Source of the DNA: an uncultured Caulobacter sp.
GTDB lineage: Bacteria > Pseudomonadota > Alphaproteobacteria > Caulobacterales > Caulobacteraceae
DNA length: 35,254 bases
Direction: 5' to 3'
Assembly (NCBI GenBank): GCA_964658605.1
Contig: CAZZZR010000002.1
Location: 1 to 35,254, forward strand
In this document: positions 22,636 to 30,676 of the stretch, piece after piece
Layout of the letters: each line of letters starts with the position of its first letter
Position numbering within the stretch: position 1 is the first letter of the stretch
The notes under the pieces: generated by a model
What the model was told of the DNA's origin: nothing
What the model saw: the letters and a program-made list of their open reading frames with translations, nothing else
Database searches by the model: none
Translations under genes and position numbers: made by a program

Positions 22636-23559
22636 ATGGCCGCGAATCCAATGGCGAGCAGGAGCGCGGCCCTGGCCGGCGCCGCGCAGGCGATGAACAA
22701 GCCCAAGGTGCCCGGCGGCGACTTCCGCCAGAACCTCGCCGGCGCGACCGGCGGAACGATCAAGGGCGCCAACGGCGGCACCCAGCAGCTCGGCCCGAAC
22801 GCGATGAAGCGGATCGCGGCCTCGGGACCGCCACCCGGTACGCCGTCCATGCCGGCGCCGCAGGTGCGCACCCCTCCGATCATGGACCCTTCCCAGAAGC
22901 CTTCGCTTCCGGGCTTCGGGGCCTCGCCGGGGATGACTCCCTACATGCCGCCCGGCGGCGCGGGCTCCGGCTCTGTGGCTCCCGGGACACCTGGCGACGC
23001 CGCAGCGAAGCTCAGCCAATTCGGCGCGGGCGGCATGTCCGCTGCCCAGCCAGGCCCGGGCATCGTCCCCAATCTTCCCGGCGCGCCGCCCGACATCAAC
23101 GGCAGCAGCTCCGCCGACCCGAGCGCCTCCCTGATTTCCCGCCTCAACAACGGGATGATGCAGACCAACGCGGCCGGTCAGCCGCCGGAGACCTTCCAGG
23201 CCAAGCCGCTGCCCGGCTTCGCTTCGCCTCCTGGTGGTGAGCCGTTCGGTGGTTCCGACCCTGGCTTCAGCACCCTTCCGGCGATGGCGAACGTCCATCC
23301 CGGGAGCCCTGGCGGCTCGCCGGGGATGATGGGCGGCGCGATGCCTCCCCCTGCTCCGTTCGGCAAGGAGCCCATGCCCGCTCCGGCTCCCGGCGGCCAG
23401 TTCGGCCCCGCCGGCGTCCGCCCGCCGATGAACACCAAGCCGCTGCCCGGTCTGCCGGCGCCAGGACCTGGCGATATCTGGGGCAAGATCGCCGGAGGCG
23501 CTTCTGGCGGTGGCGCAGCCGGTCCCAAAGCGCCGCGGAACCAGATGGCGAGCTACTGA
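22636..23559 (+). CDS. Met/Pro/Gly-rich low-complexity protein (307 aa)
   Basis: Uniformly high GC3 and no stop for 924 nt. Sequence is dominated by P, G, A and M with recurrent PG..P..PG and MM motifs. No fold recognised. Confidence 0.7.
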   Translation: MAANPMASRSAALAGAAQAMNKPKVPGGDFRQNLAGATGGTIKGANGGTQQLGPNAMKRIAASGPPPGTPSMPAPQVRTPPIMDPSQKPSLPGFGASPGMTPYMPPGGAGSGSVAPGTPGDAAAKLSQFGAGGMSAAQPGPGIVPNLPGAPPDINGSSSADPSASLISRLNNGMMQTNAAGQPPETFQAKPLPGFASPPGGEPFGGSDPGFSTLPAMANVHPGSPGGSPGMMGGAMPPPAPFGKEPMPAPAPGGQFGPAGVRPPMNTKPLPGLPAPGPGDIWGKIAGGASGGGAAGPKAPRNQMASY

Positions 23560-23942
23560 TGCCGCGGAAGGTCGTCATGCCGGCCCACCTGGAGGCTTTC
23601 CTCGTCGCCCTGGAGGCTCAGGACCCGCGGGAAACCGACCGACTCGCCGCGCTCGACGCGGCGGAGAAGGCCGGCGGCATGCAGATCTCCCTCACTGATG
23701 CGCAGAAGCGCTATCCCGACTTCAAAAAGCGTTACGGCCGGTGGGAGGAGCGCCTGCGGCTCGCCATGCAGGATGCCCAGATCGGCCGCGTGATGGCCGG
23801 CAAGTCCTCCGCCACGCCGCTGATCGCCGCCCTCGAGATGAACCGCGCCGCCGACACCACCGGAGGCAACGGGCGTTCCGACGGGAGGCCCGCGCTCGGC
23901 CGGCACCACGCCGGCCGCAAGGCCGACTACAGCCGGTGGTGA
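23559..23942 (+). CDS. Terminase small subunit candidate
   Basis: Position immediately upstream of the large terminase, size of 127 aa, and TGATG coupling. No motif-level support. Confidence 0.5.
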   Translation: MPRKVVMPAHLEAFLVALEAQDPRETDRLAALDAAEKAGGMQISLTDAQKRYPDFKKRYGRWEERLRLAMQDAQIGRVMAGKSSATPLIAALEMNRAADTTGGNGRSDGRPALGRHHAGRKADYSRW

Positions 23943-23946
23943 GCCG

Positions 23947-25854
23947 GTGGACTACGCCGACCTTCCTGCCAGCCCTGACGACCCTCGCTACTTCCGACGC
24001 ATCAAGAACGTCACCTCCTTGCTGAAGGCGAAGCAGGATCGCCTCGTCGAGGAGGGGATGCTGATGGACCGCTTCACGGCGGAGGACGACTTCTACTGGT
24101 TCCTCCTGCGGTTCACCAGCTTCGCCGATCCCGCCATCCGCAACCCGAGCGCCAAGGGCTTCCGAATCACCGAGCGCGGCCACCCGCTGCGCGGCAAGCT
24201 CTGGATTGAGCACCCGTTCATGTTCTGGTACGCCCGCGAGCTTCAGCGGATCATCGCCGAGCCGCCAGACGGCCCGGTGTGGATCTGCATGCACCGGATC
24301 GCCTACAAGTCGACGTTGATGCAGCTCTTCATTCCCTGGCTGCACACCCGCGACGAGACCGAGACGTGCGCGCTCTGGACGCACTCCGTCGACAAGATCG
24401 GCAGCAACATGGGCCGCGTCGTGCTCGACCTGGCGCAGAGCCCTTTGATGGTCGCTCACTGGCCCCAATTCGAGATGCGCGAGGCAAAGAACCTCGGCTA
24501 CATGCTGGACCGGCCGCCCGGCCCGCGCGACCAGAGCTTCTCCGTCTACTCCATCGTCGGCTCGATCGAGTCCATTCACCCCAACTGGTTTTTCCTCGAC
24601 GACGTTGTAACCCAGGCGCTGCGCGGCAACGTCGAGCAGATCGCCAAGATTTCCCAGCGTGTCTCGGCGATCGCCGCGGCGATGCCGCCGGACGCCGCCA
24701 TGGTCTGCGCGAACACGCCGTGGGACGAGAGCGACCCGCTGATGACTCGGGCGAAGGATGGCTGGTTCGGACGCATCATTGAGCAGTGGGCGACCGAGGG
24801 CGGCCGGGTGCTGGAGAAGATCGGCGGCGAGATGGTAGAAGTCGGGCCGGCGTTCACCCGCCGCGGCAGCGCCAACCTGCACACCCAGAGCTATTTCGAG
24901 GGCCAGCGCGTCAAGATCAACGACGATTCGATCTTCTACCCGCAATTCGAGGGAAAATTCTTCAAGTCGCCGACGGTCCTCTTCGACTGGAACACGGTGC
25001 GCGTCTACGAGGAGGACCCTCTCGTCCTGGCGAAGGCGTCCCCGTTCATTCACATCATCGTCGACGGCGCTGGCGGCGGAAAGGGAGCCGACTTCTGCGC
25101 GATCCGCGTCATGACCTGGACCGCGAACGACGCTTTCGCCAACCTCGACCTCATCCGCGAGCGCATCGGCCAGACGTTCGCCCTCCAGCTCCTCCTCGGC
25201 CGCGACGAGACGGATGCGAGCTCGGAGTGGATTCCGGCGACCTACCCGCGGTACGGCAAGGTGGGGATCGTCGAGTACTGGATGGCCGTGGACCCGCAGC
25301 TCGTGGTGTGGTTCGACGACAACACCGCGGCCGGCTGGGCGGCGGCGTTCGCCGAGCACAAGCGCCTGCGCCGCATTCGCTTCGGCGGCGACGGTCCCCT
25401 GGTGCGGAAGTGGCCCGAGGTCCACATGAACCGCCGCGAGGGCGCCAGCACGAAAGAATGGCTGATCCGCGGCCTCGAGAGGTGGTACGCTCAAGGTCGC
25501 ATTGCGTATCCGAAGCTGGTGAGCGCGGGCGGTAAGGGCTTCGGCCACGGCTCGCGGTTCGGTCTGACCGGGAGCTCCGACGACCGCGATACCGGCGACC
25601 AGTTCAAAAGCGACGAGTTCTCGCGGATGGATCTCGGCAAGCTGCCGCCGTTCGACGACATGCTCGACACCGAACGCGTCCCGACCATGGAGAAGGTGAT
25701 GACCCAGATGCGACGGCCAGCGCCAGGTGGCGGCTACACCTTCGGCGAGAAGACCTTCCCGGCGCCGACCATTCAGAACCCGTGGGGCTTCCCGCGCACC
25801 TGGTTCAAACAGGATCGTCGCGAGGAACAGAAAGCGGGCTGGCTCTCTTGGTGA
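23947..25854 (+). CDS. terL: Terminase large subunit
   Basis: Deviant Walker A (HRIAYKST), Walker B-like WFFLDDVV, and C-terminal nuclease signature IIVDGAGGGKGADFCAIRV (RNase H-like first Asp motif). Lies upstream of portal. GTG start. Confidence 0.8.
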   Translation: MDYADLPASPDDPRYFRRIKNVTSLLKAKQDRLVEEGMLMDRFTAEDDFYWFLLRFTSFADPAIRNPSAKGFRITERGHPLRGKLWIEHPFMFWYARELQRIIAEPPDGPVWICMHRIAYKSTLMQLFIPWLHTRDETETCALWTHSVDKIGSNMGRVVLDLAQSPLMVAHWPQFEMREAKNLGYMLDRPPGPRDQSFSVYSIVGSIESIHPNWFFLDDVVTQALRGNVEQIAKISQRVSAIAAAMPPDAAMVCANTPWDESDPLMTRAKDGWFGRIIEQWATEGGRVLEKIGGEMVEVGPAFTRRGSANLHTQSYFEGQRVKINDDSIFYPQFEGKFFKSPTVLFDWNTVRVYEEDPLVLAKASPFIHIIVDGAGGGKGADFCAIRVMTWTANDAFANLDLIRERIGQTFALQLLLGRDETDASSEWIPATYPRYGKVGIVEYWMAVDPQLVVWFDDNTAAGWAAAFAEHKRLRRIRFGGDGPLVRKWPEVHMNRREGASTKEWLIRGLERWYAQGRIAYPKLVSAGGKGFGHGSRFGLTGSSDDRDTGDQFKSDEFSRMDLGKLPPFDDMLDTERVPTMEKVMTQMRRPAPGGGYTFGEKTFPAPTIQNPWGFPRTWFKQDRREEQKAGWLSW

Positions 25855-25866
25855 GGAGAAAAAACG

Positions 25867-26340
25867 GTGAGCTTTAAACTGACTGACGCAGAGCGGAAAC
25901 TATTTCACTGCCTGCTCGAGCGTAAGTCCTCTGGTTGCCTGGAATTTGTCGGGCTACGCGATCGTGATGGCTACGGGATATTCTTTCTCCGCCGCAGCGG
26001 AAAACGGATTAAGGTCAGGGCTCATCGTGTCGCGTTTGTCGACTCGGGAGGCTGTTTTTCTGCCGGAAAAAACGAAATTTTGCATTCTTGCGATAATCCC
26101 TCTTGCTGCGATGTCAATCACTTGTCCTCCGGCAGCTCGCTTGACAATCATCGCGACATGGCCCGGAGGAACCGAGGGACCAAGGCACCCGAGCGGCCTC
26201 TTGGAATCCGTTTCCATTTCAACCGTTGGGAAGCGCAGGTCAAGATCGCCGGACGCTCTGTTTACTTGGGCCGATTCACATTTTGGCAAGAAGCGGCTGC
26301 CCTGGCCGCTTTCCGCAGAAACGAGGCTCTCTTCGCATGA
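25867..26340 (+). CDS. HNH_3 + AP2-domain homing endonuclease (free-standing, low-GC insertion)
   Basis: GYGIF...RAHRVAF...HSCDNPSCCDVNHL..GS...N is the HNH_3 signature. GIRFHFNRWEAQVKIAGRSVYLGRFTFWQEAAALA is AP2-like. GAGGAG SD 7 nt before the GTG. About 53% GC in a hand-counted 100 nt, against much higher flanks. Confidence 0.85.
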   Translation: MSFKLTDAERKLFHCLLERKSSGCLEFVGLRDRDGYGIFFLRRSGKRIKVRAHRVAFVDSGGCFSAGKNEILHSCDNPSCCDVNHLSSGSSLDNHRDMARRNRGTKAPERPLGIRFHFNRWEAQVKIAGRSVYLGRFTFWQEAAALAAFRRNEALFA

Positions 26341-28775
26341 TCAATTCGCCCAACGACTTCGGCGGGCCGCCCGCCGGCGACGAACCGGAGGGCTCGCAGC
26401 CTCCGGTCGCGAAGGGCTTGACCGACCAGGACGTGCTTCGGCGCTACAAGCGCTCCATGGCCGACGCGCAGAGCGAGCACAAGCGCGTGGTGAGCGAGAT
26501 CGAGGATCTCTTTTCCGCGTACGGCCTGAATTCCTTCAAGCGCGGCGACTTCGCCGACATGAAGGAGACCTGGAAGGACAATCCGCCCGAGATCGGCATC
26601 CTCCTCTCGGCCGTGAACACGTTCTGGGGCTCGCTGATCGCCTCCCGCCGCGAGCCGGCGTTTCCTGGCTTCGACATGGGGACTGCCGACGCCGTCCTGG
26701 GCGAGGCGTTGACCCAGCTCATCAAAGCGGGGCGCCGCTGGGCGAGCTCGGACGACGTCGACGAGGACGTCGTGCTCGACGCCATCCTCTGCGGGTACGG
26801 TTTCGCTCGCCAGTCGCTCGAGACCGAGACCCGGCCGCCCTTCCACCCGGACGAGGAGTACGTCAGCGCCGATCGCGTGTGGTGGGACCCGGGCGGCCAC
26901 GGGAAGAACTGCGCCGACGCCCAGGAATGGATCGTCCGCGACTTCTACAGCCTCGACGAGGCCGAGGCGCGCTTCCCCGAGCAGCGGGACCTCTTCGCGG
27001 GGCTCCGACTGGCCCTCGGCGGCGACAGCGGCGCGGCCGGCAACGCCGCGCGCGACGGCGTCCAGCAGATGGGCGGGAAAAACATCCAGGTCAGCATCAA
27101 CGCGATCGACGGCCGGGAGTCCTCCAGCGGCGCGACGCCGCGGCGGCTGCGCGAGGTGCCCGTCGACGATTTCCAGTTCAAGGTGTGGGAACAGATGGTC
27201 GGCTGGTACGCCCCCGACGAGGAGAGCGGGAAGTCCCGCTGGCACGAGGCGCGCCAGGCGGACTTCCAAGCAGGCCTCGAGGCGATGCAAGCCGAAACCG
27301 AGACGTCCGGCCAGCCCTTCGATCCGCCGCAGGTCAACGAGTACCCCTCCGCCACCTGGTACCGCGCGCGCATCCTCGCCAGCACCGCCGCCGGCGAGCC
27401 GAAGGTGATCCAATCCGCCGAGCCGATCGACGGCAACCAGCGCCTGGTGCGCCCGATGACCGGCTACAAGGAGCGGTACAACCCGGAGGGCTCGGAGGAC
27501 ACGCTCCGGACCCGCTATTTCGGATTCGGCCGCGTGCTCGTGGGTCTCCAGCGCCTTTTCTCGGTGGCGATGCGGCTCTACATCGAGCAGGAAGCTCGTC
27601 GGAATCGAGATGGGTGGGACGTCGAGCGCAGCGCCTTCGGAGGCGACGAAAACGCGATGCAGACGTTCATCAACTCGCGCCGCATTCCGGGCTCGGTGAA
27701 CATCATCCCCGACGGCGCCTACGAGAAGCTCCACAAGAGGGACGAGCAGCCGAAATCGAACACCTCCGAGATCCAGGGCATGTTCTCGTTCCTCGCCAAC
27801 GACCTCGTGAGCTACTCGCTCGGCGTTTCGGACGTTTCCCGTGGAACGTTCACCGAAGACCGGTCGGCGAAGTGGGTGTCGGCGCTCAACCAGTCGAGCC
27901 TCCAGATGCAGCAGATGTTCACCCAGTCGTTCACCTCCTACCTCGAGGAGGGGGCCGTCACCCAGGCGCGGTTGATGCTCCTCCATCTGGACCCTGAAGA
28001 CCTGGACCGCCTGCTGGGAGACCAGCCGCTGCGCAAGGGGATCACCGGCCAGGTGGGCCAGGACGGCAAGACGCTCGAGCCCATCATGGTCGACGACGAG
28101 ACGACGCCCGGCCAGCAGGTTCCGATGACGATGGGTCGGTACCTCAAAGAGAACATGCGCGAGGTGATGGACAATGACGTTGCCTTTGGCCTGCGGCCGA
28201 GCGCGGCGACGGAGCGTATCGCCAATGCGCAACTTATGCTGCAGCACGGCATCTACAAGGATATCGCCGACCTTTTGAGCGACATTCCCGAGGCGAAAGA
28301 GATTCTGGCGCCGGTGGTGCTCCGCGCGAGCTTCGCCGAGGGCTCCGACTACGCCGACGTGGCCGACAAGCTCGAGGCGCTGATTCAGCAGAAGCAGGAG
28401 GAGCGTGCGCAGCAACAGGCGGAGCAGAGTGACCAGGGCTGGCTCGGCGTCATCCAGCAGATGGCCCAGAGCGACCCTCAGCACGCGCAACAGCTCCTCC
28501 AGCAGGCCCAGCAGGCGCTCGGCGGCGGCCAGGGCCAGCCGGGAGACTCGCAGGGTGCCCAGAATGGCCAGCCAGGCGCTTCCGCCGGCCGCCAGCCGTC
28601 AATGCAGATCAACTTCAAGGACTTGACCGACGCCGAGCGCGCGCAGATGCTCGCGAAGGTCCAAATCCAGGCCGATCCGACCCCGCCGCCGATGCCGATG
28701 CCCGGGATGCAGCCCGGAACTCCGCCGGCGCCCCAGATGCCCATGCAACCCCCTCCAGGAGGACCGACGCAATGA
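26337..28775 (+). CDS. Portal protein candidate (812 aa) with Gln/Pro/Met-rich C-terminal tail
   Basis: Position between terminase and scaffold. Size. ATGA overlap with the HNH stop. No motif-level confirmation. Confidence 0.75.
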   Translation: MINSPNDFGGPPAGDEPEGSQPPVAKGLTDQDVLRRYKRSMADAQSEHKRVVSEIEDLFSAYGLNSFKRGDFADMKETWKDNPPEIGILLSAVNTFWGSLIASRREPAFPGFDMGTADAVLGEALTQLIKAGRRWASSDDVDEDVVLDAILCGYGFARQSLETETRPPFHPDEEYVSADRVWWDPGGHGKNCADAQEWIVRDFYSLDEAEARFPEQRDLFAGLRLALGGDSGAAGNAARDGVQQMGGKNIQVSINAIDGRESSSGATPRRLREVPVDDFQFKVWEQMVGWYAPDEESGKSRWHEARQADFQAGLEAMQAETETSGQPFDPPQVNEYPSATWYRARILASTAAGEPKVIQSAEPIDGNQRLVRPMTGYKERYNPEGSEDTLRTRYFGFGRVLVGLQRLFSVAMRLYIEQEARRNRDGWDVERSAFGGDENAMQTFINSRRIPGSVNIIPDGAYEKLHKRDEQPKSNTSEIQGMFSFLANDLVSYSLGVSDVSRGTFTEDRSAKWVSALNQSSLQMQQMFTQSFTSYLEEGAVTQARLMLLHLDPEDLDRLLGDQPLRKGITGQVGQDGKTLEPIMVDDETTPGQQVPMTMGRYLKENMREVMDNDVAFGLRPSAATERIANAQLMLQHGIYKDIADLLSDIPEAKEILAPVVLRASFAEGSDYADVADKLEALIQQKQEERAQQQAEQSDQGWLGVIQQMAQSDPQHAQQLLQQAQQALGGGQGQPGDSQGAQNGQPGASAGRQPSMQINFKDLTDAERAQMLAKVQIQADPTPPPMPMPGMQPGTPPAPQMPMQPPPGGPTQ

Positions 28776-29986
28776 GCGCAGACCTGATTTCCATGGACAG
28801 CGCCCTCGAGGGCGCCGATTCCGCCCCGGACACCGGCACCGACAGCGCCGGGGGCGACTACGGGCTCTCCGGGCTGGAGCAGGCCCTCGACAGCACGTCG
28901 ACGGGCGAACAAGGCGGCGGCCAGCCGTCCGCGCCGCCGCCGCCAAGCTCCGCGCCCTCCGGGTACCAGCGTGCCGACTTCACCGGCCGCCGCGGGAGCT
29001 ACCAGCAGGCGCAGGGCTCGTGGAAGAGCCGCCAGATGCAGCGGCAGCAACAGCTGGAGAGCGCCCGCCTGGAGCGCGAGGGCTTCAAAGAGCAGATGTC
29101 GCAGATTGCGGATCTGATGAAGCAGACCGTGGCGCTCACCCAGAAGCCCGGCGAGCAGGAGCCGCCGCCGGACCCCTTCACCGACTGGGCCGGGTTTCAG
29201 GCGTGGCAGGCGAAGCAGCAGGACGCCCTCCTCGACGCCAAGCTGAAGCCCGTCATCGAGTACTACAAGCAGACCCGCGAGCGCGACGAGCAGGTCGCGC
29301 AGCAGCAGTACCACTCCCAGCAACAGCAAGAGCAGATCACCCACACGACCAGTGCGCTCCAGGAGGCCCACGCGTCCTACGCCCGCGACTACCCGGAGCT
29401 CGCCCACGGCGCCGAGGAGCGGATCACCTTCGGCCTCGAGGCGCTGACGAACGTCCTGTCGAACGGGCTCGGGTGGACGGAGCAGGGCGCGCAGCTCGCC
29501 GGCACGATCACGCTCTCGATCGCCAAGTACGCGGCGGCCGGCGGCGAGAACCCCGCCGCGGCGGTCGACGCCTTCTACACGAACCTGACCCAGGAAATCG
29601 GGGAGAGCATCCGGAGCCACTACGCCGCGCTCGGGTACGACCTGCCGGAGATCATGCCGGCGGCGCCGGGCGGGTATCAGGAGCAGGGCGGTGGGTACCA
29701 GCAGCCGATGTACCAGCAGCCGCAAGTCGACCCGGCCGCGCGGGAGAATGCCCGGCTTCAGGCCGTCCGCCAGCGCTCGCAAGGCGTCGCCTCGCCGCGC
29801 CCGCGCCAGCCCGCCCGCGGCAACTACGCGCAGCCCGGCAGCCGCGCCCATGCTCTCGCGAACGACTACCGTCGCGCCGGCCGTGACGTCGACTGGAACC
29901 AGGTCACGCGAGTGGCAAAGGAGGAGGCGGGAGGCAACTTCGCGCTCGCCCAGAAGATCATCCAGGCCATCCCGCGGGAAGCCTGA
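28772..29986 (+). CDS. Scaffolding protein candidate (404 aa, Gln-rich, helical or low-complexity)
   Basis: ATGA overlap with portal. Position before the capsid gene. Q/E-rich helical composition. Confidence 0.65.
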   Translation: MSADLISMDSALEGADSAPDTGTDSAGGDYGLSGLEQALDSTSTGEQGGGQPSAPPPPSSAPSGYQRADFTGRRGSYQQAQGSWKSRQMQRQQQLESARLEREGFKEQMSQIADLMKQTVALTQKPGEQEPPPDPFTDWAGFQAWQAKQQDALLDAKLKPVIEYYKQTRERDEQVAQQQYHSQQQQEQITHTTSALQEAHASYARDYPELAHGAEERITFGLEALTNVLSNGLGWTEQGAQLAGTITLSIAKYAAAGGENPAAAVDAFYTNLTQEIGESIRSHYAALGYDLPEIMPAAPGGYQEQGGGYQQPMYQQPQVDPAARENARLQAVRQRSQGVASPRPRQPARGNYAQPGSRAHALANDYRRAGRDVDWNQVTRVAKEEAGGNFALAQKIIQAIPREA

Positions 29987-29995
29987 AAAAACTAG

Positions 29996-30017
29996 GGCCC
30001 GCCGGTGAGGGCGGGCC
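29996..30017. terminator. 8-bp GC hairpin GGCCCGCC-GGTGAG-GGCGGGCC just after the scaffold stop; an A6 tract precedes it on the plus strand (equivalent to a T6 tail on the minus strand)
   Basis: Read directly. The geometry is canonical for a minus-strand intrinsic terminator, or for a tail-less plus-strand hairpin. Confidence 0.45.
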
Positions 30018-30553
30018 AGGGGAAAGGACAGGTGCCATCCGGGCGGGGCGGCACGAAGATCCTACCAGCACCTCCTTCCCCTGGTCAAATCCCCAACCGC
30101 GGCGCCGCCGACAAGGCGCGCACCGTGAATCTGTGACGCGCCCCGCAGTCTGGCGAGGACGCGGACGGCCGCCAGGTACAACCGCCGTTCGGGTAACGAT
30201 TCTTTGGCAACTGCAACACCGAGCCCCTGAGCGCCAGGGGTGTGCCGCGGAACGGGGAGTAATCGACTCCTCCTCTCTTCGGAGGGGATCACGGGCGACG
30301 TCGCGGTCGTATGTGAATCAGGCGTAAGCAGCACCCATCGGTGGCAAACAGGCCGGACGTCACGAACCCGGTGCCAAGGAGAGAAGATTCACGAGAGGAC
30401 GCCCGTGTGCCCGGACGATGCGGTAGAATGGCGGGTACCGGGAGAGGCTGGGCCTCGACAATCTGGCGCTCGCGGTAGACAGGGGTTAAGCCGCCCGTCC
30501 GTGCGACGCACGTAGCGGTGGGAGTCGAGAGCGCCCACCGTAGGCATTTTTGA
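30016..30553 (+). ncRNA. Candidate large structured RNA body (helix-rich, ORF-free); class unknown
   Basis: Multiple strong local and nested helices, including a cUUCGg tetraloop (details in the findings). No protein-like ORF. Strand is assigned only from the downstream tRNA-like module. Confidence 0.3.
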
Positions 30554-30635
30554 AGCGGGTACGGCCAGAGCGCCGGTGCGCTTGGAGGGCTCATATCCCT
30601 CCCCGAGCTGGGTTCGACTCCCAGGCCCGCCACCA
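30554..30635 (+). tRNA. tRNA-like element: CAU anticodon-type loop, canonical T-arm, acceptor stem with 1:72 mismatch, encoded CCA, aberrant D-arm (possible pseudo-tRNA, TLS or attP fragment)
   Basis: Anticodon-type arm GAGGG-CTCATAT-CCCTC. T-arm CTGGG-TTCGACT-CCCAG. GCCCGCC-A-CCA pairs with AGCGGGT. The D region is 8 unpaired nt plus the AGCGC-CGGT-GCGCT hairpin, which is not canonical. Confidence 0.5.
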
Positions 30636-30646
30636 ACCTTCTCCGC

Positions 30647-30676
30647 TTGACACTTCGGCCATTCTGGCACTACCCT
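30647..30676 (+). promoter_or_regulatory. Promoter candidate TTGACA-N18-TACCCT for the capsid gene
   Basis: Perfect -35 hexamer at 30647-30652. TAnnnT-type -10 at 30671-30676. Followed by a 5' leader of about 145 nt with the hairpin GCTCCGC/GCGGAGC (30711-30717/30726-30732) and an AGGAGG SD. Confidence 0.45.

Noticed and set aside
23722-25548. 608-aa minus-strand ORF antisense to the large terminase gene
   Set aside because: The translation is Arg/Ala/Gly/Pro-rich with no protein-like pattern. Long antisense ORFs are expected in high-GC coding DNA. The plus-strand frame carries clear terminase motifs.
26262-28490. 742-aa minus-strand ORF and 683-aa alternative plus-frame ORF (25946-27997) over the portal gene
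   Set aside because: Both are Arg/Gly/Pro-rich shadow frames of the portal ORF, with no SD or coupling signals.
29984-30136. Translational read-through or extension of the scaffold protein into the spacer
   Set aside because: The TGA is followed two codons later by an in-frame TAG, with further stops downstream. No slippery or read-through context was recognised.
30016-30420. RNase P RNA (GGGGAAAGGACAGGTGCC and ACGAACCCGG vaguely resemble the CR-I and CR-IV regions)
   Set aside because: The two segments cannot form a P4 helix with each other, the GAAAGUCCGG core is absent, and the other conserved regions were not found.
30010-30635. tmRNA (ssrA), one-piece or permuted
   Set aside because: The encoded CCA and T-arm suggested it. 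However, position 3:70 of the acceptor is C:G, not the G:U needed for alanine identity. There is no tag ORF ending in hydrophobic residues plus a stop. An anticodon-type hairpin sits where tmRNA has helix P2. No 5' acceptor strand lies downstream of the CCA, as a permuted gene would need.
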